This document shows, one piece after another, positions 9,853 to 19,643 of a stretch of DNA of 45,621 nucleotides. This stretch comes from Treponemataceae bacterium. Its GTDB lineage: Bacteria > Spirochaetota > Spirochaetia > Treponematales > Rectinemataceae. The position numbers and the translations under genes were made by a program. How positions within the stretch are numbered: the stretch's first letter is position 1; every line of letters begins with the position of its first letter. The notes under the pieces are model-generated. The model was not told the origin of the DNA, did no database searches, and was given only the letters and a program-made list of their open reading frames with translations. The stretch covers positions 1-45,621 of the forward strand of contig CAXXGJ010000030.1 of NCBI GenBank assembly GCA_963677895.2, given 5' to 3'.

Positions 9853-11352
9853 TCAACTAATATTAAGTAAAGATGAGACTAATTCGGGGTATTGGTCAAA
9901 AGGCTCGGTGTGTAAAAGCAACAGCTTTGCATTATTTTCTGAATATCCCTTATTATTTACCATATTTTTAAATAGTACCATTAATATGGACATTATTTCA
10001 GAAGAGTTACTGTTTAAGAATGATGCTTTGGGGGTTTCGTGCGTATCTGCTGTATCTAGCCATATTTGTTGTACTGGTAAGGTTTCTTCAATAATTCGAA
10101 GCATTGCTTGAAGTAATGGTTTTCCGGTTTCATTGCCTTCAAAAGAAGCTTTAATTGCAGGATGTAATTTATTTAGTGTATAATGAATACCGTTTGTTAA
10201 ATGTTCAACCTCCCACACTTGCACAGGAAAATCAGAGTTTTGATTTGAAAATGCAACTCCCCGATGCGCAAAGACTCGTCTAGCTCTTTCTCTTGTATCC
10301 TCTGCAATATAGATCAGTTTCTCTCTTATATTCAAAGGAGGGCGTGCAATTGATTTTCTAACATCAATCTTCCATTCTTTGTCAGCGCTGTTGGGTATAT
10401 CTAGTTTTATTCTTGCTAGTTTATAAAGCTCCTCTTTTGTCCAAGCACGACCGCGCCCTAGCCCTAACCAACTGCCCGCAACGAGTAATCGTCGATTTCT
10501 GTATACATAAAAACCTTGTTGAGAGTTCCATCCATCAGGGCCAGCCGCTTTTTCATAAGCTTTTACATCTAGCTTTTCTTTATGAGGCAAGACGAAACCT
10601 TGGGCTTCAATTTTACCGTAATCCGTTAAAATGCTTTCAGTGGGAGAAGACCATGTATAAATGTTTTTTGAAAGAAAAGGGTCCCAGCCAGTTAATGGCT
10701 TTCCGTTTATAGAAATAACCAGATCAGGAACAAATCCTTCTATATAACGATGAAATACCATGGATAAGTGTCGTTCAATTCTATCAATAAGATCAAGAAA
10801 GTTTTGATCTGTAAATCCAATAGTTAAAATTTCATCAAGATTTTCCCAAAGAACAACTGTACCATGTTTTAAGTATTTCAAAGGTAATAAATATTGTTCT
10901 GAGCCTTTAGCAGGACCTTCGATAAGATACCAACCATCATCCTTATTTATCTCTAAAGAATCAAGATCCCAACATAATGTATAATCTGAATCTGGTTCTT
11001 TTTTACTAGAAACAGTCAATCTCCGACATTGCGAAAAAGATGCAGTTTTTAAACCTAACCCAAAACGACCAAGATCGTTTTTTTCTCTTTTCTCTAGAGG
11101 ACTTTTTGAACCAAGCCTCATAGCTGACTGAAGCTCTTCGATGTTCATTCCAGTTCCATTATCAATTATAGAAATAGTACTATCTTTTCCTTTCCAAAGA
11201 AAAATTATCTCAATATTTGATGATTGTGCAGTAATGCTATTATCTATAATATCTGCTAATGCGGTGGCTGTCGAATAACCTAATCCACGTAAAGATTCAA
11301 TCATTGTACTGGGACGAGGAGGTGCATGAAAACATTTACTAAACGACGACAT
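9853..11352 (-). CDS. mzaB: GHKL/MutL-like (MORC-type) ATPase (MzaB-like)
   Basis: ALADIIDNSI, DNGTGM, DLGRFGLGLKTASFS, HGTVV GHKL motifs. Confidence 0.92.
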   Translation of the reverse strand: MSSFSKCFHAPPRPSTMIESLRGLGYSTATALADIIDNSITAQSSNIEIIFLWKGKDSTISIIDNGTGMNIEELQSAMRLGSKSPLEKREKNDLGRFGLGLKTASFSQCRRLTVSSKKEPDSDYTLCWDLDSLEINKDDGWYLIEGPAKGSEQYLLPLKYLKHGTVVLWENLDEILTIGFTDQNFLDLIDRIERHLSMVFHRYIEGFVPDLVISINGKPLTGWDPFLSKNIYTWSSPTESILTDYGKIEAQGFVLPHKEKLDVKAYEKAAGPDGWNSQQGFYVYRNRRLLVAGSWLGLGRGRAWTKEELYKLARIKLDIPNSADKEWKIDVRKSIARPPLNIREKLIYIAEDTRERARRVFAHRGVAFSNQNSDFPVQVWEVEHLTNGIHYTLNKLHPAIKASFEGNETGKPLLQAMLRIIEETLPVQQIWLDTADTHETPKASFLNSNSSEIMSILMVLFKNMVNNKGYSENNAKLLLLHTEPFDQYPELVSSLLNIS

Positions 11353-11375
11353 TTCATATAACTCCTGGTATATAA

Positions 11376-13312
11376 TTATAAAACTAATTTAAATTTTTTT
11401 ATTTTTTCTAAAATTTTTATTTCAATTTTTACCTGAAGTTGACGAATACGTTCACGGGTTAAATGGTATAAGTTCCCAATTTCCTCTAATGTATGCTCTT
11501 CTTTATTATAAAATCCATATCTCAAATTCAATAAATTTTTTTGTTTATCATTTAGAAAATTAATTAGTACCTTAATATCTTCATTAAATAATTTATTAAC
11601 TAATAGCTCTTCTGGGTTAGGAGAATTATCAGCAACATCAATCAAACTATCTGAATAATCTGAAGAATATTTACTGTCAATCATATAAAACTTTGACATA
11701 GCATTAAGCGCATTAACAATAGTTATTTCTGATATACCTAAATCGTCTACTAGTTCTTTTTTTAAAGGGTCTCTCCCCATATAAAAATTGTATTCATCTG
11801 AAAGGCGATTAATTTTATTCATTACTTCATAAAGGTGTACAGGAATTCTGACTACATGTGATTGATCCATTATAGCGCGACATATTGATTGTCTTATCCA
11901 CCAAATAGCATAAGTTGAAAATCGAGATTCTTTTCGATAATCAAACCGCTCGCCGCTTTAATTAAACCAATATTTGCTTCTTGTATTAGGTCAGATAGAG
12001 GCAATTTTGAAAAAGTATATTTTCTTGCTACGAAGGCTGCAAGTCTAATATTAGATTTAACTAGTTTGTTTCGTAAAGAATAAAATATTTTTAAAATACA
12101 AGACAAGTTTTTTGATGTCGGATCCGTGATATCGATAGCACGGAATACTTTTTCAATTACTCCCCAAGATGGCTTTAAATCACGTATAAATTGCAAGAAT
12201 AAATAATTATTATCAGATGAATTATTGACATAGTAATCTAAAATGTTATTAATATTAAAATTTATTGCTCCTTGAGGATGATTATTATAGTATGAACTAT
12301 TACGAGATGTTTTTTCTGGAGTAATATTTGAGATCAAGAGAGATAGAGCGTAAAAAGAATCTGCAATAATTGATAGAGCTTGATCGTGTAAAGTATCAAT
12401 CTTTTGTGAAATAAGAGATTCGTCCTCTGCAGAAAGAAAACTATATTTCGGAATACTCTCATAATAATAGCTAAGTATTTCATCTTGATCATTAAAAAAC
12501 AAATGCAGAAGATTTTTAATCTCTGGTATCAATGATTGGTCGATCTCCTTTGTATTATGACTAGTTTCTGATAAAAAATATATACTTGGTCGTTCTTCAA
12601 TTAATAATCCAAAATTTTCAATAAGGAAATAAATGTTATCAAAAGGTATTCCATTACTTTCAAGAAGCAAAAAAGTTGCCTTCTCAAGGATTGATTTTGA
12701 TATCCAACCTTCGTTAATATTTCTGTAGATTAGCTTAAGAAGATTATTGGTTAATATTTCAAATTTAATAGTTTTTTTACTTCTCAACAATTTTGGATCA
12801 GGTAATAATATGTTGATATCGTCCCAATCTGCATCATGATTAATTGGTTTATGTTCAGAGATTGTATTTTGAAGTTTTACTGCCCCGGTAAGACACTCAA
12901 GATTTTCTGGAGGATTAGTAGCTTCACATTCAGCAAGCCATTCAATAGAATCATAATTAGATAAATCTAATATTTGAGAAGTTTGAAACGATAAAGATTT
13001 TTCAGTAGAATTGATCAAATTATTTGATGAAGAAATATTTTCTGCTACTTTCTTATATGCATCCCCTATTCCTGCCAAGAAAGCATAAGAATATGCACAA
13101 TTTCCCTTGGAATCATAGATATTTTGATCGGCACCATTTTCTAAAAATAATTTGCATATCTCAAGATTACCATTAATCGCTGCAAGCATTAGCGGGGTCC
13201 TACCGTTTGCATCAATAGCATTGATATTGGTACCATGTTTAATATGGTAATTAATGGAATTTTTATCTCCAGAAAGTAAAGCCATCTTGAACAATCTGTC
13301 AAGTGAAGACAT
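11376..13312 (-). CDS. mzaA: Ankyrin-repeat plus sigma70 fusion (MzaA-like), frameshift near 11951
   Basis: N-terminal ankyrin (GRTPLMLAAING...LENGAD). Sigma region 2 reads across the indel: SNIRLA...DLIQEANIGLIKAA|ERFDYRKESRFSTYAIWWIRQSI. Region 4 HTLEEIG..LTRERIRQ. Confidence 0.85.
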
Positions 13313-13492
13313 TTTATATTCAATTTGGCTAATCAAGAAAATCTCCCTGTTTATTCGATAATTGTATATACTATATCCTATGATGTTGATAAGCAACACT
13401 TTTTATTAATTGGATAAGAAGAGAAAAATGTAATATAATGAAGGTGTATAGCATGAAATTCAACATGGCGCGGTGGAATGTATTGTTTTCAT

Positions 13493-14001
13493 ATGGAGCT
13501 TGAGTTGCGGGAAGATCGTTTAGTACGTAGCCGGATTATGGCTTCAATAAAATCTAAAATACTAAGCTCGAGCTTTCAATACGAAAGCGGTTGTTTGCAA
13601 AAGGATTAAGATATACTCTTCATGTTCAGAAGCTTCCGGGTCGACCTGATATTGTGTTTCCCAAATGGCATGTAGCGATCTTTATAAATGGTTGTTTTTG
13701 GCATTTTCATGGCTGTAACTTGTCAAGTATACCCTTTACTAATAGAAGTTTTTGGCTAAAGAAACTCAATGATAATAAAGTTCGTGATATTAAAGCAATA
13801 GAAAGTCTTGGAAATCTTGGTTGGAGAGTAGCAGTTATATGGGAGTGTGCTGTTCGCGGAAAATCTCAAGCTTCTAAATTAGAAACGATAATTGAAGTAC
13901 TATTTAATTGGATAATTAAGATCGATGCAGAAACATTCTTTGCGGTTGATAATCAAGGATTCTATATATCTGCAAATTTAGAAATAAAGGATTTTAAATA
14001 A
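13493..14001 (+). CDS. vsr: Very short patch repair endonuclease, frameshift near 13559
   Basis: RSRIMASIKSK|NTKLE...LPGRPDIVFPK..FINGCFWHFHGC...FWLKK...N..RD..LGWRVAVIWEC. Confidence 0.9.
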
Positions 14002-15542
14002 TGTCTATTAATATAATTGACCTTTTTGCTGGCCCTGGAGGACTTTCAGAAGGTTTTTGTTCATTTCAAAACGGTGAAAGATTTAAAATTGCTGTTTCGG
14101 CAGAAATGGATCCCTTTGCTTATGCGACACTATGTTTACGAAGTTTCTATCGGTTTGCTAAACTAAGTGGAGATAAAACTTTACAGCAATCCTATATTAA
14201 CTATTGTAGTTCAGAAAACAGCTTACATCCTTCTCTGGTTTTTCCAAAAGTCTGGAAAGATATTAAAAAAGATTCTTTATGTGTGGAATTGGGTACAGCT
14301 GATGGCAACAAATTATTAGATAAAACAATAAAAAATAAAAAGCTGCATAGTAATGAAACTATTTTAATTGGAGGTCCTCCATGTCAGGCCTATTCATCCG
14401 TTGGTAGGTCTCGGAATATGGGTATTGTTGGGTATGTTGCAGAAGAAGATAATCGACATTTTTTATATAGACAATATTTACGTATAATATCTAGATTTCG
14501 CCCTGCAGTATTTGTACTAGAAAATGTTCAAGGCATCCTTTCTTCTACAATAAAAGGGGAACTAATATTCCGCCAGATTTTAAAAGATCTTTCATGCCCA
14601 GTACGTAAACAAAATGGTATAAAAGATTTAGGATACTCAATATTTTCTGCAGTTTCTCCTGTGAGATTCAATATAGGAGATAATCCAGAAGAAATTGACG
14701 CTAGAGATTTTATTGTTAAAGCAGAAGAATATGGGATTCCTCAAGCTAGACATAGAGTAATTTTAATAGGTATAAGAAATGACCTGAATACAAATGGTGT
14801 TATACAAATGCAAAAAAGCAAATCTGTATCAATAGATGAAGTATTAGAAGAGTTACCTAGGTTAAGAAGCGGAATAAGTAGTATGGACAGCCCTGAGAGA
14901 TGGGAATCAGTTATTACTCAAGGTGTTAAAGAAATTATAATAGATGCAAAAAAGAAAAAACAATATGATTTAATTGAATCGCTTAATTCTTCCTTAAAAA
15001 GTCTTGATAAAGAACTACCAAAAGGAGCTTTAAGGATGGAGAAGCTTAGAAAAAGTACTCTCTCAAAGAGAATAAAAGACTATTATGGTGATGGTATTCA
15101 ATTGCCGGTTTGGATTAATCATGAAGCAAAAAGTCATATGCCCACTGATCTTGTACGATACTTTTATGCAGCAGTATTTGCACAAGTTAGAGGTGTTTCT
15201 CCAAAAGCGCCAGATGACTTTCTTTTAGCAAATCTCGCCCCAAATCATAAAAATTGGAATACTGGATATTTTTCAGATCGCTTTAGGGTTCAGATTAAGG
15301 GACAGCCGAGCACTACCGTTACAAGTCATTTGGCTAAAGATGGTCATTATTTTATTCATTATGACCCCTTACAGTGCAGAAGCCTCACCGTAAGAGAGGC
15401 TGCTCGTTTGCAGACTTTCCCTGACAACTATTTTTTTCAAGGGAATAAAACAGAGCAATACCGTCAGGTGGGGAATGCAGTACCACCGCAACTTGCAGTA
15501 CAGATAGCCAGAATTGTATCAAACATTTTAGAATATAACTAA
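14001..15542 (+). CDS. dcm: DNA (cytosine-5)-methyltransferase
   Basis: Motif I DLFAGPGG, IV GGPPCQ, VI ENV, VIII QARHRV, IX RSLTVREAARLQTFPD, X QVGNAVP; start overlaps the vsr stop. Confidence 0.95.
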   Translation: MSINIIDLFAGPGGLSEGFCSFQNGERFKIAVSAEMDPFAYATLCLRSFYRFAKLSGDKTLQQSYINYCSSENSLHPSLVFPKVWKDIKKDSLCVELGTADGNKLLDKTIKNKKLHSNETILIGGPPCQAYSSVGRSRNMGIVGYVAEEDNRHFLYRQYLRIISRFRPAVFVLENVQGILSSTIKGELIFRQILKDLSCPVRKQNGIKDLGYSIFSAVSPVRFNIGDNPEEIDARDFIVKAEEYGIPQARHRVILIGIRNDLNTNGVIQMQKSKSVSIDEVLEELPRLRSGISSMDSPERWESVITQGVKEIIIDAKKKKQYDLIESLNSSLKSLDKELPKGALRMEKLRKSTLSKRIKDYYGDGIQLPVWINHEAKSHMPTDLVRYFYAAVFAQVRGVSPKAPDDFLLANLAPNHKNWNTGYFSDRFRVQIKGQPSTTVTSHLAKDGHYFIHYDPLQCRSLTVREAARLQTFPDNYFFQGNKTEQYRQVGNAVPPQLAVQIARIVSNILEYN

Positions 15543-15662
15543 ATCAGGGTATGAATATAAGTATCTATGTAAGCAATGTCAGATGTTTGTGATTCTCTTC
15601 AATATCGAGAAAGATGCCCAAACAGCATTGCGGATCTATCGCGAATGGGGTGCTGTCGAGAA

Positions 15663-15688
15663 TCAGATTAAAGCAGTTATTAGCAGAA
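15663..15688 (-). other. Decayed left half (R''/L'') of an attC site closing the RT-PolA cassette
   Basis: Minus strand TTCTGCTAAT-aactg-CTTTAATC 5 nt after the PolA stop. The expected end, complementary to the cassette start GTTAGCCGGA, is TCCGGCTAAC. The 5-bp spacer matches the intact attC. No right arm found. Confidence 0.45.
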
Positions 15689-15693
15689 TTCTT

Positions 15694-17268
15694 TTAGTTA
15701 AACATCTCTGTAACAACAACTTTTGAAGTGACATTTATAACTTCTTGAGTAAATATTCTTTCCATCTCGCTTGAGATCTGACTACATAATTCATTAAACA
15801 AATCATTACTCAATTCACATAGAATTGCATCATGCATAGGAATAAGAATTCTAACATTTTCATATTTTGAGACTTGATATATACATCTTTTTAGTATTCT
15901 TGAACCAGTCGATTGAATTACATGGTTTAATGCTGATGTTTTTATTTTCCATTCTTTTTCTGGAACAAACACTCTTGTATAAGCTTTATCAACAACCTTT
16001 TTTTTATTAATTGCTTCTTTAATAATTTTATTTCTCCATGTAATAAATTCAGAGAATTCATTAATTACTGAAATAACTTTTCCGGGATCAAAGTCCGGAC
16101 TACTAGAAAAAAATCTAGCTTGAGAATCAAGAGACATTCCGTATAAATATGAAAGCAAGCATATTTTTACTTGTTTTCGAAATGATTCATCATGAAAACA
16201 CTCTCTCGCTATTTTTAAGTACATATCTCCTTCATTATAGTATTCAATGAACTTTTTATCGGAAGAAAGCCCAGCAGCTATCCCTGGTTCATAGTTCCGG
16301 AAATCAAAATATGCGATTTTCTTCCCATTATTAGGTACAAAAATATTTCTCTTTGTTTTCTTTAAATATTGAGTGCCAGGACTGGATATAAAGATTCTAC
16401 CACTACAACTACCTATAGTTTCATACTGCGGAAATACTCTTTGCTCATCATTGATAGAATAATGCTTAATAAGATTTGCATAATCAATTCTACATTCCTT
16501 AATTTTTGATATTGCTTCAATTTTTTTGTTCTCAACATTAATCACCTGTAATAAATCTGCTAACTCTTCATTTTTCTCATTTTCATTACACTCAGTTAAT
16601 GTCAGTTCATCTATCCTTTTATCAGATATATAACCACTGGACAAATCTATACCATGATATTTTTCCAAATACATCAAAGCACTATATTTCTCATTATTTA
16701 ATAAACTTAATGTATCTTTTATTTTTTGATTAGCAACAACAATTCCATAAAATTGATTTTCCAAGAATATATTATCAATTGAAAATTCCAGATCTAACCA
16801 ATTTTCTCTGTATTCATTTGAATCTGTATAGTTTTGCATTAAATCATTATATGCGCTATTAACAGAATCAATAAGCGTTTTTTTAATCACAAAAACTTCA
16901 TTGGAATACTCAGACCAACCTATCTCACCGTCTTCATATTTTTTCAAATTTTTAATAACTGACCTATCTAAGTATCTTCCAATAATATCTATCTTGCTGT
17001 GATTCCATTTTTTAGGTTGATCACCTTTGGAATATTGAATTGATAACAAATGCAATATTTCAATACGCTTCTGATTTTTGACTGGATTTGCTCCAAGTCT
17101 TCTCATTGAATCTATGCAATTAGTATAGCCAAGTGTTATAATATTGCTCGGTAATTTTAGTTTCCTGAAGTTCCTTATTATTTTTATAGAGCCATTAATA
17201 CTTAGTAAAGCAAAAGGGACATAATCAATATAATTATCAAAGAATATCACAATATTATGCATATCCAT
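15694..17268 (-). CDS. Family-A DNA polymerase-like protein (polymerase domain; no recognisable exonuclease motifs)
   Basis: SCSGRI, motif A YFDFRNYEPG, motif B FRKQVKICLLSYLYGM, NHVIQSTGS, motif C PMHDAIL; start overlaps the RT stop by 14 bp. Confidence 0.85.
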   Translation of the reverse strand: MDMHNIVIFFDNYIDYVPFALLSINGSIKIIRNFRKLKLPSNIITLGYTNCIDSMRRLGANPVKNQKRIEILHLLSIQYSKGDQPKKWNHSKIDIIGRYLDRSVIKNLKKYEDGEIGWSEYSNEVFVIKKTLIDSVNSAYNDLMQNYTDSNEYRENWLDLEFSIDNIFLENQFYGIVVANQKIKDTLSLLNNEKYSALMYLEKYHGIDLSSGYISDKRIDELTLTECNENEKNEELADLLQVINVENKKIEAISKIKECRIDYANLIKHYSINDEQRVFPQYETIGSCSGRIFISSPGTQYLKKTKRNIFVPNNGKKIAYFDFRNYEPGIAAGLSSDKKFIEYYNEGDMYLKIARECFHDESFRKQVKICLLSYLYGMSLDSQARFFSSSPDFDPGKVISVINEFSEFITWRNKIIKEAINKKKVVDKAYTRVFVPEKEWKIKTSALNHVIQSTGSRILKRCIYQVSKYENVRILIPMHDAILCELSNDLFNELCSQISSEMERIFTQEVINVTSKVVVTEMFN

Positions 17269-18862
17269 TTAATTCCCTTATTAATTCTTTATGAGGCATC
17301 TTTTCTAATTGACGGACATATGAAAAGTCATTATCGACTGAGGCCCTAAAGATTTGATCTTGTTCTTCAAACATATCTTCGCTTAATATTTTCCCATATT
17401 TCTTTCTAAGTGAATAACGATTTACTCTTGCTAATGAAATAATATAATGTCTTTTTAAGAAGAAATTGTTTTCTGAAGATAATCTAAAGGCAACTTCTTT
17501 TGTTACAACACGATTTAAATATAACGACGATATACCCCGCAATGCCATTGATGAGCTGCAATCTCTAAACTGTTCTTTACAAAAAGAATTAAGTGTTTTA
17601 CTCCTATAGCCTTGAATTATTAATACTCGTAAAATGAGATAGGAAGCCCATTCGAAAGTCAAATTATCTTTATTGGTTACCCAATTTTCAAGGTTTATTG
17701 AAGTTTTTTAAATGGCCCTATTGCTTGAGCTAGTGTACATATTTGATCAGCACAATCAGGTCTCTTATCAATAGCACCGATAAGTTTATTAGAGATAGTT
17801 TTCTTGTATTTTAATGGAACCTTAACATCTTTTGCATTAAGAAAAACTATTAATCTATTAGCATAAAAACGGAATTTACGATCATTTATTTTTCCATTTT
17901 CAAGATACTCAATTACCTTGGGAAGTATCATATGAAACGATTCTAGAACATATTTCTTTCTTCCGCTATTAATCATTACATCAATTTTTCTAGTTTCAAG
18001 ATCAATATCATTGATAAACTCTTTATGTAATTCAGTTCCTGGCTCAAGCAATCTGGTTTTACTATTATTTATTGCAAGCCCTATGTGACGAAGTGTTTCA
18101 ACTATCTTCAACATAAACCTATTAGCATCAGCATGAGAATTTGATATAATACGAATATCATCCATGTACCTAAAATAAGTATTCCCTTCGAGTATTCTGT
18201 CTAGAACTCTCATATATATATTAGCTAAAAAGGAAGAAATATCTCGATTTTGTGGAAGACCTCTTTTTCCATTAAATGATATGTTAGTTAGGATATTGTA
18301 AATAGATTCTATAAAAAAATGGCACTTCATATAGTTATCTGGAGAAAGTTTTGCATCTGATGCAGACTTTATTAGCTCTTTCCGCAATATCCCAATATCA
18401 ATATTGTCATAGTAATTTGTAATATCTATTTCTATTATATATTTATCTGTACCACAAATACGTGTATAGTTTTTCAAATTTATTCCATTGTTCTATAATT
18501 GGTTTAAAAAGAGTCTTGTCATCCTCACTCTTTCTATGACTTAAAATATTAAATGGCAAAGTATGATCAAGTAAGTTTATTAATTCTACGCCAAACATAT
18601 GATATGCAATTCTATCAACTGGACTTATCTCTAATGAATATCTAAATCCACCATTACCCTTTGGAATATTAAAAAGTAAAGATTTTTCAGCATTATATAT
18701 CCCATTACCTTTGGCGATTCTTTCATTTATTGATTGTGTAATTTTCGTAGTGTTTGAAAATATGTCTTGATAGTTTTGTGGATCACAATACCAATCATCA
18801 GTTATATCTTTTTTAAGTAATTTAATAGTTTTATGTATTTGTTCATTATCTACTGTATACAT
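17255..18862 (-). CDS. Reverse transcriptase of the UG/Abi (defence-associated) type, ~535 aa, broken by two single-base indels in A-runs (~18472, ~17698)
   Basis: IPKGNGGFR, IDITNYYDNID, GLPQ..DISSFLANIYM, YFRYMDDIRI, GLAINNSKT. Helical C-terminal extension. Frames rejoin as NKFE|NYTRICG and KKLQ|INLENWVTNK. Confidence 0.88.
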
Positions 18863-18910
18863 TTAAAGTTCCTTAATTAAGATATTTATTTTAGCGCACG
18901 TAGTGCGTCC

Positions 18911-19035
18911 GGCTAACATTGGCTTAACCTTTAAAGCCTGGCCCGAGCTACTGCGAGGGATTGGCGTGGTTTTTGCGTAATCTTCAAGCAAAAACCATGA
19001 CAAAAGGCTTTATAAGGTTGAAGCTCTTGTTAGAA
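18911..19035 (-). other. Integron attC recombination site (125 bp)
   Basis: Minus strand R'' TTCTAAC, 5 bp, L'' CTTCAACC ... L' GGTTAAG, 5 bp, R' GTTAGCC. The extra C in L'' is the typical extrahelical base. Inner palindromes TAAAGCCT/AGGCTTTA and TGGTTTTTGC/GCAAAAACCA. Confidence 0.85.
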
Positions 19036-19182
19036 TTTTCACCCCAAAGCGCACTTCTTTCTTCTTTTCTCTTTAGCTTTATTATCTTCTTCTCTTCGTC
19101 GTTTTTTATAGGCACGTAACATGCGAGAATAAGGGAAAGACGCACCGCTTCTCTTCCCTTTTCGAGCAGCTGAACAATAAAT

Positions 19183-19260
19183 AATTCTAACATATATTAT
19201 ACTGAACAATATAAATAATTATGATAAAAGTATTAACGCAACTACAAAAGGTTGTCAACA
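19183..19260 (-). promoter_or_regulatory. Putative attI-like site (GTTAGAATT core) with upstream TTGACA promoter element facing the cassettes
   Basis: Minus-strand GTTAGAATT at 19191-19183 is the exact complement of AATTCTAAC at the attC R''. Upstream is AT-rich and non-palindromic. TTGACA at 19258-19253 is followed after 17 bp by TAATAC. Confidence 0.45.
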
Positions 19261-19400
19261 AGAACTTTTCTATATAAAAAGTGTAAAATTAGAAAATCTT
19301 AATATAGCCAATACTAAGCTATGCAAAAAACAAACTCTGCTCTATGCAATCCATGAATCACCCAAACACCTCCAGAGCGTATAAGATTTAGGAGGACCAG

Positions 19401-19631
19401 ATGGAACAATCAAGGCACATTGAAACACCAGTATTCTTTCCCAAAAAAGATCAACTGACCGTAAGCATCGCAAAAGCCTCTGAACTTCTCTGCCTTTCCA
19501 AGTCCTATCTTTACCGCGAAACCCGCGCCGGCAGGATACCCGCCAAAAAGGTAGGAACCCGTACCCTTTTCACGATTGATGACCTGAAAGCCTGGATAGC
19601 CAGTCAGGAATACATCAAGAAAGTTGCATGA
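19401..19631 (+). CDS. Excisionase-type HTH DNA-binding protein
   Basis: VSIAKASELLCLSKSYLYR...GRIPAKKVGTRTLF; RBS AGGAGG. Confidence 0.85.
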   Translation: MEQSRHIETPVFFPKKDQLTVSIAKASELLCLSKSYLYRETRAGRIPAKKVGTRTLFTIDDLKAWIASQEYIKKVA

Positions 19632-19643
19632 AAAGGATGAAAT

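Noticed and set aside
11376..11870. Stand-alone host rpoD fragment
   Set aside because: It joins the upstream ankyrin ORF through a one-base indel inside sigma region 2 and heads the mza operon.
17255..18862. RT as part of a DGR, retron or group II intron
   Set aside because: No template/variable repeat pair or avd gene, no VTG retron motif or room for msr-msd, and no YADD/maturase domain or intron ends. It is instead coupled to a PolA gene.
18984..19193. 69-aa ORF upstream of the RT
   Set aside because: Starts across the recombination core, runs into the attC, has no RBS and has low-complexity composition.
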